Positions 7,752 through 17,334 of a stretch of DNA of 42,663 nt are shown piece by piece. The translations under genes were made by a program, and so were the position numbers. The notes beneath the pieces are model-generated. The model had not been told where the DNA came from. It was given only the letters and a program-made list of their open reading frames with translations, and did no database searches. The stretch comes from Candidatus Zambryskibacteria bacterium RIFCSPLOWO2_12_FULL_39_16 (lineage in GTDB: Bacteria > Patescibacteriota > Minisyncoccia > Phycocordibacterales > WO2-35-19): contig MHWS01000005.1 of assembly GCA_001824215.1 (NCBI GenBank), forward strand, positions 1,219-43,881. The letters are read 5' to 3'. Positions within the stretch are counted from its first letter, which is position 1; every line of letters begins with the position of its first letter.

Positions 7752-9707
7752 TTATTGTGCCGTGGCTTTGAGCCAAATTCTTATTTGGCCAAGTCTCGAA
7801 TCGCTCGATCCAAGACTATTGTCACGGGGATTGACCGTATGAATATCGGTCCGGGAAATAAATGAGCCAATATAGCCTGATGGTTGAAAGAACTGTTTAA
7901 ACGGTAAAGTGTCTCCGGGGTGCATCGTGACTACTTTGCACTGCAAGTTGCTGGGGCAATTTGTCCATGCGGGATCTTGAAAGTCGACGGGTCTAAAAAA
8001 CCCAAAACCACCACCACTTTGACCAAATGACCAAGCAAACTGTAAAGCAAGGTTGGTTGTTCCATCATTGCGCAGGGTGATGGTCTGATTAACTTCTGCC
8101 CCACCCACACTGACCTGTGCAAAAGAAACATCGAGATCCATAAGCGGACCATGGTAACGTGAAAAATTCACACCATCAGTGCTAATGCTTAAGATAGGAT
8201 GCTCCGTTTGCGGAAATGGGCGCAAGGAGATGGTTGGGTCACCGAATAACTCTTCGGACCATGTTGGCGCCATCTCAATATCCGCGAAAGTAGCGCCATC
8301 TGCGAGCATATGATAATTCCTCCCTACCATATCTCCTTCGTAGCTGTCACCAATGCCCATGATAGGAGTAAACGCGTGGACGAGTAGCGTATCGCCTCCA
8401 AAAAGGGCGGCACCAGCGAAGTAGTCGGGGGAAAAAAAGTTGCCTGTACTGCAGTTAACCAGATTGATCACCCGCGCGTGGTTGGGGAGGTTAAGTAAAT
8501 TATCTGAGGAGAGTGTTACCGTGTCGTTGGAGTAAAAGGTACCCACAACCCCAGCCCCCTCCATAGTGATAAAAGTTGACGCTCCATGCGTATTAAGCGT
8601 CACAAATTCAGCCCCCTCCGCCAACAGATTTTTAAAATCTTGCAGACGGCTTAGGGCAGTGTCATCTACCGATTCGTAGTTTATGACGTAACTAATATCA
8701 TCTGGATGGTATAGGTTATTTGTGACCCAATATTGCGTATGGTCCTCTTCTACTGAACCACCAAACCATCCTCCCCGAACATATCCGTATTTTTTCAAGT
8801 TGGGGCTTGTATGGCGTGTATTCAGATCCTTTTGAATAAACGCCAATACTTGGTCCGGTGTGCCATAGATACGAGATGACCACGCAGATTTATTACATGC
8901 GGAGTCGGACGATATTGAGCCATCCGGCAAATTGGTGAGACTACCATCACCTGCGACCGTATATAGGCTGCAATTTGGAACCCTATAAGACCAGTCTGTT
9001 GGAGTGGGTAATCCATCTTGGAGAAACCATGCTGCCGGCACTTGGCCGATGAGCATAACCCCCCAGAGGTGGTCTACATTCTGCAATGCGGCACGCACAC
9101 CGAGGACATCCGCGGGACTAGGAATGATCGTAGTCGACACGACAGGATCATTGACGCCAGCTTTTGCCGCATAGTCGCCGGAAATAGTTTGAGCAAGTTT
9201 TGCCACAAGACCATTTGTATCTACAGCGGTTACTTTAGGGTCCACTACCATGGCAATCATTCGCGGTGCAGCCATTACATCAACCATGGGTAGTCCTGTG
9301 ACAGTTACAGTTGCACTACCATTTTTGTTTGTGTCTTGAACCGAGGTAGCCGTCACAGTCACAGTTCCAGTAGTGCTAGAAGCCGTGAACAGACCTGATG
9401 AATTTATGGAGCCTATGCTAGTGATCCAATTTATGGACGAACTGTAGTTGCCTGTTCCCACCACTGCCGCCATACATTGCGAGGTCTGCCCAACCTGCAG
9501 TGAGGTTGGGTCGCAGACAACAGAAATCGACGTTATGGTGGGTGCGATAGGTGAGGTGTTCCCCCCACCGCCTGAACCACTTCCTCCACCTAAACCGCTT
9601 CCGCCGCCTGAACCACTACTCCCGCCTGAACCACTTCCTCCGCAACCATTGGAAACAATATAAACCATTAGTAAAATCAGAAAAATAGAGCGTAGTCTTC
9701 GGATCAT
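7752..9707 (-). CDS. secreted or lipid-anchored Big_2 domain protein with a C25 (gingipain)-like cysteine peptidase domain
   Basis: Signal peptide ending NGC, Gly/Ser linker, Ig-like segment VGQTSQC...ATVTVT. Then WGVMLIGQVP and a His/Cys pair LNTHGAS...LVNCSTGNF. Strong SD GGAGGAAGGGG. GC-rich. Confidence 0.5.
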   Translation of the reverse strand: MIRRLRSIFLILLMVYIVSNGCGGSGSGGSSGSGGGSGLGGGSGSGGGGNTSPIAPTITSISVVCDPTSLQVGQTSQCMAAVVGTGNYSSSINWITSIGSINSSGLFTASSTTGTVTVTATSVQDTNKNGSATVTVTGLPMVDVMAAPRMIAMVVDPKVTAVDTNGLVAKLAQTISGDYAAKAGVNDPVVSTTIIPSPADVLGVRAALQNVDHLWGVMLIGQVPAAWFLQDGLPTPTDWSYRVPNCSLYTVAGDGSLTNLPDGSISSDSACNKSAWSSRIYGTPDQVLAFIQKDLNTRHTSPNLKKYGYVRGGWFGGSVEEDHTQYWVTNNLYHPDDISYVINYESVDDTALSRLQDFKNLLAEGAEFVTLNTHGASTFITMEGAGVVGTFYSNDTVTLSSDNLLNLPNHARVINLVNCSTGNFFSPDYFAGAALFGGDTLLVHAFTPIMGIGDSYEGDMVGRNYHMLADGATFADIEMAPTWSEELFGDPTISLRPFPQTEHPILSISTDGVNFSRYHGPLMDLDVSFAQVSVGGAEVNQTITLRNDGTTNLALQFAWSFGQSGGGFGFFRPVDFQDPAWTNCPSNLQCKVVTMHPGDTLPFKQFFQPSGYIGSFISRTDIHTVNPRDNSLGSSDSRLGQIRIWLKATAQ

Positions 9708-9790
9708 ACCCCTTCCTCCTATGCCAAAGAACGTATGCAGGATCGCAAAACCCTACATCTGAATACAATATACGCTTATAGTCTAAAGAT

Positions 9791-11329
9791 TCAATACTTC
9801 TGTTGTTTGGGGCGATAAGATATGGCTTCAAGGATATGGCTAACAGAGATTTCGGGAGAAGAGTTGAGGTCGGCGATAGTGCGAGCCAGTTTTATTATTT
9901 TGTGATATGAACGGGCGGAAAGGTCCAAAGTTTTGGCTGATTTATTTAAAATCTCTTTGACTTCATCGGAGATTTTTAAAATAATGGTGATGTCGCGAGC
10001 ACTCATCTCGGAGTTGGTGCTTATTTTCCTTCCAGCATCTCTAAATCTTTTTCCTTGAATCCCTCTTGCTTTGATTATCCTCTCTCTGGCTGGGACACTT
10101 TCGCTTTTACCCGCTTTTTCGGTCAGCTTTTCGTGATCCACTTTGGAGACTTCTGTCCAAATATCAATGCGGTCAATAATAGGCCCTGAAATTTTTCTTT
10201 TATACCTTTCAATCTGCAAAGGCGCGCAGGTACATGGTTTACCTTTAATGCCAAAGTTGCCACAAGGGCAAGGATTCATGGCGGCTACAAGTATGAAATG
10301 CGCTGGAAATTTGACGGTGCCGCGAGCGCGCGAAACTGAAACTACTCTTTCTTCCAACGGTTCACGCATTGACTCTATCGCTTTGTTTTCAAACTCCGGA
10401 AATTCGTCAAGAAACAATACTCCTTTGTGGGCTAAAGTAACCTCCCCAGGCCTTGGATTGCTCCCACCACCGATGATGGCGACATGAGAAGCGGTATGAT
10501 GTGGAGAACGAAAGGGTCTTTCGGCAACCAATGTGTCATTCAAAGCTCCGGTCATAGAATGTATTTCAGTCACTTCTAAAACTTCATCAAAAGAAAGAGG
10601 AGGTAAGATCCCTGAAAGAGCCTTGGCTAACATGGTTTTACCTGTCCCGGGTGGACCATAAAGAGCTATATTGTGTCCGCCAGCTGCAGCAATTTCAAGC
10701 GCTCTCTTAGCCCCCTCTTGGCCTTTGATATCGGATAAATCAAGAGAAATCTCATCTAAATTTTTTATTTCTTTTTTCTTTTCTGGTTTTAATTTTTGAT
10801 TCAAATCGGTATCATGGGAAATATGATTTATTATTTCCAATAAAGTTTGTGCCCCGAAAATAGAAACACCATCTACTAAAGTAGCTTCAGGGGCATTTTC
10901 AATAGGCAAATATATTTCTCTAAATCCTTTTTCTTTTGCTTTTCTGGCAAAAGCCAAAGCGCCTTTGACCGGCCTCAATCGGCCATCCAAAGAAAGTTCT
11001 CCTAAAAATATTTTGCCTTTGGAATCAAAAAGAATATCGCCGCTAGCCAAAAGATATGAGAGAGCAATGGCTACATCGAGGCCTGAGCCTTCTTTTTTAA
11101 TTTCTGCCGGAGCCAGTGAAATAATCACTTTGTGATTTTTTGATTTTGGGGATTCAAAACCGCTGTTTTTGACGGCCGCGCTGATCCTGTCTTTTGCTTC
11201 TTCCACAGCTTTATCTCCCAATCCAACTATAGAAAAAGAATTGAGGCCTCTCGAAAGGTCTGCCTCTACATCAACAATATAAGGTTTGAGAAGAAAAGCT
11301 TGGGCGCTATGAACCTTGGCGTAAGACAT
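9791..11329 (-). CDS. comM: YifB/ComM-family Mg-chelatase-like AAA+ ATPase
   Basis: Lon-like N-terminal domain, Walker A GPPGTGKT, Walker B VLFLDEFPEF, Cys cluster CPCGNFG...CTC, C-terminal Mg-chelatase domain. Confidence 0.88.
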   Translation of the reverse strand: MSYAKVHSAQAFLLKPYIVDVEADLSRGLNSFSIVGLGDKAVEEAKDRISAAVKNSGFESPKSKNHKVIISLAPAEIKKEGSGLDVAIALSYLLASGDILFDSKGKIFLGELSLDGRLRPVKGALAFARKAKEKGFREIYLPIENAPEATLVDGVSIFGAQTLLEIINHISHDTDLNQKLKPEKKKEIKNLDEISLDLSDIKGQEGAKRALEIAAAGGHNIALYGPPGTGKTMLAKALSGILPPLSFDEVLEVTEIHSMTGALNDTLVAERPFRSPHHTASHVAIIGGGSNPRPGEVTLAHKGVLFLDEFPEFENKAIESMREPLEERVVSVSRARGTVKFPAHFILVAAMNPCPCGNFGIKGKPCTCAPLQIERYKRKISGPIIDRIDIWTEVSKVDHEKLTEKAGKSESVPARERIIKARGIQGKRFRDAGRKISTNSEMSARDITIILKISDEVKEILNKSAKTLDLSARSYHKIIKLARTIADLNSSPEISVSHILEAISYRPKQQKY

Positions 11330-11342
11330 ACTTTCTTATACC

Positions 11343-11708
11343 TCATTTCATATGCTTTTTGCAAGTGCGGGCAGCTTGGTTAGCGATTAAACGATCTTCT
11401 TCTATAGGTTCTCCAGCAACTTCACAAATACCGTAAGTTCCATTTTCAATTTTTACTAAAGCGTCTTTTATATCGTTATATCTGATTTCTAATTCTTTAA
11501 GAACCGCCGTATTCCCCTCAAACTCTTCCATTTTATCTGCCGTTTCGCTTGAATCGGCGCTATCAGTATCAAAATCAGCCGGTTCCGCTTCCCAATCGAG
11601 CTTATTATCAGGATTTTTTCTGCCAACGCTATTTAGTTCTTTCTCAACTAAAGAAAGCTCCTCTCCCAATTTGCCCTTAAAATAATTTATATCTATATCA
11701 TTTCTCAT
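11343..11708 (-). CDS. DksA/TraR-family protein (two-Cys variant)
   Basis: Coiled-coil region plus C-terminal GTYGICEVAGEPIEEDRL...ARTCKKH. Start moved to ATG 11708 (MRNDIDINYF) because TGTTAAAAT lies 7 nt upstream. The track start at 11717 remains possible. Confidence 0.65.
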   Translation of the reverse strand: MRNDIDINYFKGKLGEELSLVEKELNSVGRKNPDNKLDWEAEPADFDTDSADSSETADKMEEFEGNTAVLKELEIRYNDIKDALVKIENGTYGICEVAGEPIEEDRLIANQAARTCKKHMK

Positions 11709-11715
11709 GATTCCC

Positions 11716-11724
11716 ATTTTAACA
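11716..11724 (-). promoter_or_regulatory. extended -10 element upstream of the DksA-like gene
   Basis: Minus strand reads TGtTAAAAT, then 7 nt (gggaatc), then ATG at 11708. Confidence 0.45.
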
Positions 11725-11732
11725 TAATGAGA

Positions 11733-12746
11733 CTATCTGACAATCGAGCGAGAAGCATAAATAGTATATATGTCTCCTATGGATGAAAGACTGCTGGTAA
11801 TCAAAATAGTATTTTTATCAAGGAAAGTATAGGCGATTTTTGCTTGGTTTTTTTGGTTTATTAAGGCCCTAGTATCTTTGTTTTTAACAATCATATCTTT
11901 CCAAATGAAAGAGTCCAGTTTCATTGGTATTTTAACGCTTAGGGTAGTAGATGCAGTACTGGAAGTAGTGGTGGCAGTACTAGTGGCTGTGCTGGTAGGA
12001 ATATTTGCCGTAGTATTAGCAACAACAAAAGAGTCAGTCCTCGCATTCATGAAAGACAGATCTTTTTCCATATTGCTCTCCCAATCAAGCATGCCAGAAA
12101 AAGCGCGACCAAAATCACTTATGGTAATCACAAGAAAATATGAAATTTGGTTATTTTGAAACATTATTCCAACAGCATATTTTTCTTTGATAGTCCTCTC
12201 TAAAGTGGCCGGCAGTGATATCCCTAAAAAACCAAAGAAGTCTTTGGTTGTTTGAAACGAGAGACTATTTTTATCTGATATTTTCAGAATGCTTGCGCCA
12301 TTTGATGGGGACAGTTTAGCAAGTTCTGAATCAAAGTTTTCTTTTGTTATATTGGTCAAGGTAATTAAATTGTTGTATGGGATAACTTTTTCTTCAACAG
12401 CCACTTCACTCATCGGCTCTTTTTTCAAAGCATTAAAAATATAAAAAGAAACCGCTACCCCGCTAGCCAAAAGAACCAGACTCAAAGTGGCTATGATTAA
12501 GTTCTTTTGGAAACCTTCTTTTTTTGATTTTACAACCGGTCTAAGTTTCTCTTCTTCTTTTTCTATTCTTTCCTTTTTTTCTTTTGCTTTTACAGTGATA
12601 GAAACCACCGATTCGTTTTTTTCCTTTATAAATTCAGCCATATCGCCCTGATAGGTGCGCAAAGAAGGAAGCTTCTGCTGATTATGCAAAGTATCAATTA
12701 TCTTTCCAAACTTGTCAGGGTTACCTCCCTTTTTTTCTTCGTCCAT
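11733..12746 (-). CDS. hypothetical single-pass membrane protein
   Basis: 337 aa. Lys/Glu-rich N-terminus, TM LIIATLSLVLLASGVAVSFYIF, external domain with a Thr/Ser-rich tract TSTATSTATTTSSTASTT. Confidence 0.5.
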   Translation of the reverse strand: MDEEKKGGNPDKFGKIIDTLHNQQKLPSLRTYQGDMAEFIKEKNESVVSITVKAKEKKERIEKEEEKLRPVVKSKKEGFQKNLIIATLSLVLLASGVAVSFYIFNALKKEPMSEVAVEEKVIPYNNLITLTNITKENFDSELAKLSPSNGASILKISDKNSLSFQTTKDFFGFLGISLPATLERTIKEKYAVGIMFQNNQISYFLVITISDFGRAFSGMLDWESNMEKDLSFMNARTDSFVVANTTANIPTSTATSTATTTSSTASTTLSVKIPMKLDSFIWKDMIVKNKDTRALINQKNQAKIAYTFLDKNTILITSSLSSIGDIYTIYASRSIVR

Positions 12747-12753
12747 TTTTTAT

Positions 12754-12759
12754 ATTATA
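12754..12759 (-). promoter_or_regulatory. -10 hexamer upstream of the 337-aa gene
   Basis: Minus strand reads TATAAT, then 7 nt (ataaaaa), then ATG at 12746. It abuts the pnp stop codon. Confidence 0.35.
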
Positions 12760-14922
12760 CTATTTTCTTTTGATGAAATTTGGATTTGCATCTTTAATCG
12801 AGAGTTTTAATCTGCCTTTATCATCTATGCCTTTTATAAGTATCGGCACTTTCATTCCAATTTTCAAGTAATTTTCGGTTTTTTCAATTCGGAAAGATGC
12901 AATCTCGGAAACATGAACCAATCCGTCACTTTTTGGACCAAGTTTTACTATGACCCCAAAATCTGCCACCCTGACTACTTCTCCAAAAACTCTGTCGCCC
13001 TCTTTGTATTCTTTAACGATTTCCTCAATTGAAGTTTTGGCTTTTTCCGCTCCAACAGCTCCTCCTGTTATGTAAATTGTACCATCTTCTTCTATATCAA
13101 TCTCTGCCCCGGTGTTATCTTTAATTTCTTTTATGATTTTGCCTCCAGTGCCGATGACCATCCCAATTTGGTCTGGACGGATTTTGATAGAGATTATTCT
13201 TGGCGCTCTAGACGATAATTCTTTTCTCGGTTCTTTTATTTCAGCTTCTATCACATCCAATATTTTCATTCTGGCCGCTTTAGCTTTTTCAAACGCTTCT
13301 TTAAGAATAAGCAAAGGAATGCCTGATATCTTGACATCCATTTGCACTGCCGTAACCCCATCTTTGGTGCCAGCCACTTTGAAATCCATGTCGCCATGTT
13401 CGTCTTCCGGGCCCTGAATGTCGGTCAAAATTTTATACTTAAAATTTTGACCCTGAGCGGAGTCGAAGGGTTTTTCCTTATTGATGCTTAACATAAGTCC
13501 CGAAGCAATACCCGCAACCGGTTTTTTTATAGGCACGCCAGCATCCATAAGGGCCAAGGTTGAAGCGCAGACCGAGCCCATGGAAGTGGACCCGTTTGAT
13601 GCCAGAGCTTCTGATACAATACGAATGGTATAAGGGAAAATATCTTTATCCGGAATTATGGGTAAAAGGGCTTTTTCTGCTAAAGCTCCGTGACCGATCA
13701 TTCTCCTGTTCATTCCTCCCACTCTGCCAACTTCACCAACCGAAAAAGGAGGAAAATTATAATGATGCATAAATCTTTTATCTGTATGACTTTCCATGCC
13801 GTCTATCACTTGGGAGTCTCCGGGAGCGCCAAGAGTTAGAGCCGAAAGTATATGAGTGCCACCGCGATAAAATATACCAGAACCATGAAGAATACTGGAA
13901 AGGCCCCCTGCTTTGGCAAATAAGCCTCTCAAATCATCGAAACCTCTGCCGTCTATACGCTTATTTTCTTCAATAGAAATTTTATGGACAAAATCGTTTA
14001 TAGCTTCGTGAAAAAGTTTTTTAGCAATTTTTTGGTCCGCTTCAGGCATATTTTCATTCAAATATTTAAACCATTCGTCCTCCAGAGCATAAATCTTATG
14101 TTTGCCCACCTCACCCATTAAGCCCTCCATTTTTGTCAAAACTTCCACATCGAAAGCTTTTTGCAAATCTTTTGGCACTTCTGTTTTTTTCACTTCCATT
14201 TTTTTCTTACCTAATTCTCCAATTATTTTTTCCTGAAATTTCTGAATTTTTTGGAGTTCCTCTTTGGCTTTATCCAAAGCTTTCATCAGAGTCTCCTCAG
14301 AAGCTTCATCTGCTCCAACTTCAATCATGTTTATGGTGCCATCTTTACCACAAGCAATAAGATCCAACTCATATTCACTGATTCCCAGAGTCGGTGGACT
14401 GGAAAGAGGATTCCTCATTTCATAAGAAGGGTTAACTAAAAATTCTTCCTTGTCCTTTAATTTTCCTATTCTTACAGCCGAAACCGGACCATTCCATGGG
14501 ATATCTGATATGCCGAGTGCCAAGGAAGAAGCAATTACCCCCAAAATATCTGGATCGTATTTATCCAAAGAAAGCACGGTAACAACCACCTGAATTTCAT
14601 TGCGCAGATTGCTGTCAAAAAGAGGTCTTATGGTTCGGTCTACAATCCTACCGGAAAGTATAGCTTCGTCCGATGGTCTTCCTTCCCTCCTTAAAAATCT
14701 GGAGCCCAAAATTTGCCCGGAAGCATAGAAGCGTTCCTCATATTCAACCGAGAGAGGAAAATATTCCAAATCTTTTTCTCCTTTTGACATCACTGCTGTT
14801 GCAAGAACTGTCGTATCTCCTAACCGCAGAAGCACCGAGCCATGGGCATTTTCTGCCAAATCGGTAAATTCGGCAGTTAATTTCTCACCACCAATCTCCA
14901 TCTCATATTTTTTTGATTTCAT
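12760..14922 (-). CDS. pnp: polyribonucleotide nucleotidyltransferase (PNPase)
   Basis: Two RNase PH domains (GRPSDEAILSGRIVDRTIRP; GHGALAEKAL; GDMDFKVAGT), KH domain (GGKIIKEI) and S1 domain (FGVIVKL). Start set at MKSKKYEMEIGG; the track start is 14955. Confidence 0.93.
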   Translation of the reverse strand: MKSKKYEMEIGGEKLTAEFTDLAENAHGSVLLRLGDTTVLATAVMSKGEKDLEYFPLSVEYEERFYASGQILGSRFLRREGRPSDEAILSGRIVDRTIRPLFDSNLRNEIQVVVTVLSLDKYDPDILGVIASSLALGISDIPWNGPVSAVRIGKLKDKEEFLVNPSYEMRNPLSSPPTLGISEYELDLIACGKDGTINMIEVGADEASEETLMKALDKAKEELQKIQKFQEKIIGELGKKKMEVKKTEVPKDLQKAFDVEVLTKMEGLMGEVGKHKIYALEDEWFKYLNENMPEADQKIAKKLFHEAINDFVHKISIEENKRIDGRGFDDLRGLFAKAGGLSSILHGSGIFYRGGTHILSALTLGAPGDSQVIDGMESHTDKRFMHHYNFPPFSVGEVGRVGGMNRRMIGHGALAEKALLPIIPDKDIFPYTIRIVSEALASNGSTSMGSVCASTLALMDAGVPIKKPVAGIASGLMLSINKEKPFDSAQGQNFKYKILTDIQGPEDEHGDMDFKVAGTKDGVTAVQMDVKISGIPLLILKEAFEKAKAARMKILDVIEAEIKEPRKELSSRAPRIISIKIRPDQIGMVIGTGGKIIKEIKDNTGAEIDIEEDGTIYITGGAVGAEKAKTSIEEIVKEYKEGDRVFGEVVRVADFGVIVKLGPKSDGLVHVSEIASFRIEKTENYLKIGMKVPILIKGIDDKGRLKLSIKDANPNFIKRK
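13448..13470 (-). repeat. GC-rich element in frame within pnp
   Basis: Plus strand reads TGACCCTGAGCGGAGTCGAAGGG. Sense strand reads CCCTTCGACTCCGCTCAGGGTCA and encodes PFDSAQGQ, at a loop that is shorter in E. coli and B. subtilis PNPase. Confidence 0.65.
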
Positions 14923-14931
14923 AACACACGT

Positions 14932-14940
14932 AATATAACA
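14932..14940 (-). promoter_or_regulatory. extended -10 element upstream of pnp
   Basis: Minus strand reads TGtTATATT, then 9 nt, then ATG at 14922. Confidence 0.35.
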
Positions 14941-15046
14941 CGAAAACCGCTCCACTTAAAAGAGGAGTTATTCCGACCAACGAGGAACAAAATGAAAATC
15001 TATTTTCATTTTATCCGAGTGCCGTCGGAACAAAGTGCGCAGCACT

Positions 15047-17200
15047 TTATTTCCTTGCTTCAACTATAGAGAGAGCGACATTGGCAGGTACAATAGTGTA
15101 GTGATCAAATTCGATGTTGGCGGAGCCGCGGCCTTCGGTCATCGAACGCAAAGTAGTGACATAACCGAAAAGCTCTGACAGAGGCACCTTGGCTTTGACA
15201 ACTTTATTTCCCGCTCTGTCATCCATACCTTCAATAAGGCCTCGCTTGGAAGAAAGATGCCCGGTGACATCACCCATGAATTTTTCTGGGACGACAACTT
15301 CAACTTTCATAATAGGCTCTAAAATAACCGGTTTGGCTTTTTTAGCTGCTTCCTGGAAAGCTTGAGAGGCGGCGATTTTGTAAGCGATTTCGGAAGAGTC
15401 AACATCATGATATGAGCCAAAAGTAAGTTCGCAGGAAATATTTACCATTTTATATCCGGCTACAATACCTCGCTCCATTGCTTCCTTCACTCCTTTTTCA
15501 ACGGCCGGGATAAATTCCTGAGGGATAACACCTCCCTTGATGGAATCGATAAACTCAAATCCTTCTTCGCGATGGACATTTTTTTGTTTCTTTTTATTTT
15601 CCACTACCGCTTCCAAAGGTTTTAGATTGAGTTTGACGTGACCATATTGACCTTTGCCTCCGGTTTGTTTGATATATTTGGTTTCCGCTTCAGCCGTGCC
15701 GGTAATTGTTTCTTTGTAAGCGACCTGCGGAGCGCCGACATTTGCTTCAACATTAAATTCTCTTTTCATCCTATCAACGATAATATCCAAATGAAGTTCA
15801 CCCATACCTGAAATAACAGTCTCTCCTGTTTCCGAATCGGCCTTAATCTTAAATGTCGGGTCCTCGTCTGACAAGCGGTGCAGAGCCATACCCATCCTTT
15901 CTTGGTCTCCTTTGGTTTTTGGTTCAATTCGGAGAGAAATGACCGGCTCAGGGAAAATGATAGTTTCCAAAATGATAGGATTGTCTTCGTCACAAAATGT
16001 ATGAGAAGTTTTGGCGCTCTTAAGTCCAACTGCGGCAGCGATTTCTCCGGAAAAAACTTTTTTGACTTCTTCTCTTTTGTCCGCTTGCAGTCTTACTATG
16101 CGACCCAGCCTTTCTTTGTCCCCAGTGGTTGCATTATAAATATAAGATCCAGATTCAATGGTACCAGAGTAAACTCTAAAAAATGTAAGCTGGCCGACAA
16201 ATGGATCGGCTTGGAGCTTGAATGCCAAAGCAGAAAAAGGTTCTGCATCGCTTGGATGTCTTTCTATTTCTTCTCCAGTTATTGGATTAATACCTTTTAT
16301 AGCTGGTATATCCAAAGGTGACGGCAAGTAGTCAACTACAGCATCCAAAACAAGTTGAACTCCTTTATTTTTCAGAGCCGAGCCGCAAAATACAGGAAAA
16401 ATCTTGTTTTCAATAACCGCTTTTCTTAAAATTTTCTTTAAGTCAGAAATTGGCACTTCTTCTCCTTCCAAGTATTTATGCATTGCAGCATCATCATTTT
16501 CTACGATTCTTTCTATAAGTTCCCCCCTAAATTTTAAAGCGGATGCTTTAAAATTTTCTGGTATTTCCATCTCAACAACATCGCCGCCAAGTTGTCCTTC
16601 AAATTTGTAAGCTTTCATCTTTAGCAAATCGATTTCTCCTTCATGCTTTTCTTCCTCTCCTATCGGTATTTGCATTCTAACAGCTTTCTTTGAAAGTCTT
16701 TCCAAAATTGATTGGTATGATTTTTCAAAATTAGCGCCAGTCCTATCCAATTTATTTATAAAGCAAAGGCGAGGTACAGCTGCTTCTTCGGCATATCGCC
16801 AGTTGGTTTCAGATTGAGGTTCAACACCGGCCACTCCGTCAAAAACAATCACAGCACCGTCCAAAACACGCATTGATCTTTTTACTTCGGCTGTAAAGTC
16901 AATATGTCCGGGAGTATCTATAATATTAAAACGATATTTGTTTTCTTTATTTATTCTCTCTTCTTTAGTTAGATATGTCGGTGCCCAAAAACAAGTGATA
17001 GCGGCAGCGGTGATAGTAATACCTCGTTCTCTCTCCTGTTCCATCCAGTCAGTAGTAGTCTCCCCTTCATGAACTTCACCAATTTTGTGCTGACTACCGG
17101 TGTAATACAAAATACGCTCGCTCGTTGTGGTCTTACCAGCGTCGATATGGGCTATGATTCCAAAGTTTCTGACTCTCTCTAACGGATAATCGCGGTTCAT
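15047..17200 (-). CDS. fusA: translation elongation factor G
   Basis: G domain AHIDAGKTT, DTPGH, NKLD, followed by domains II-V. 717 aa. Confidence 0.96.
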   Translation of the reverse strand: MNRDYPLERVRNFGIIAHIDAGKTTTSERILYYTGSQHKIGEVHEGETTTDWMEQERERGITITAAAITCFWAPTYLTKEERINKENKYRFNIIDTPGHIDFTAEVKRSMRVLDGAVIVFDGVAGVEPQSETNWRYAEEAAVPRLCFINKLDRTGANFEKSYQSILERLSKKAVRMQIPIGEEEKHEGEIDLLKMKAYKFEGQLGGDVVEMEIPENFKASALKFRGELIERIVENDDAAMHKYLEGEEVPISDLKKILRKAVIENKIFPVFCGSALKNKGVQLVLDAVVDYLPSPLDIPAIKGINPITGEEIERHPSDAEPFSALAFKLQADPFVGQLTFFRVYSGTIESGSYIYNATTGDKERLGRIVRLQADKREEVKKVFSGEIAAAVGLKSAKTSHTFCDEDNPIILETIIFPEPVISLRIEPKTKGDQERMGMALHRLSDEDPTFKIKADSETGETVISGMGELHLDIIVDRMKREFNVEANVGAPQVAYKETITGTAEAETKYIKQTGGKGQYGHVKLNLKPLEAVVENKKKQKNVHREEGFEFIDSIKGGVIPQEFIPAVEKGVKEAMERGIVAGYKMVNISCELTFGSYHDVDSSEIAYKIAASQAFQEAAKKAKPVILEPIMKVEVVVPEKFMGDVTGHLSSKRGLIEGMDDRAGNKVVKAKVPLSELFGYVTTLRSMTEGRGSANIEFDHYTIVPANVALSIVEARK

Positions 17201-17206
17201 AAATTA

Positions 17207-17212
17207 AATATA
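17207..17212 (-). promoter_or_regulatory. -10-like hexamer upstream of fusA
   Basis: Minus strand reads TATATT, then 6 nt (taattt), then ATG at 17200. No SD and a weak -35. Confidence 0.3.
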
Positions 17213-17334
17213 AAAACACTACAAATAAAAAATCCCCTGAGGAACATTGAAAATATACACTAATTGAGGATAAATTGCAAAATTAGCGCTAAAGAGGTGA
17301 AAAAAATTGTTGAGTGGAGCGCCAATCTCGGAGT

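Noticed and set aside
9540-9650. Repetitive cctgaaccactt-type DNA that looks like a tandem repeat or mini-array.
   Set aside because: It is the coding sequence of the Gly/Ser linker (GGSGSGG...) of the 651-aa protein. There are no spacers and no CRISPR-like architecture.
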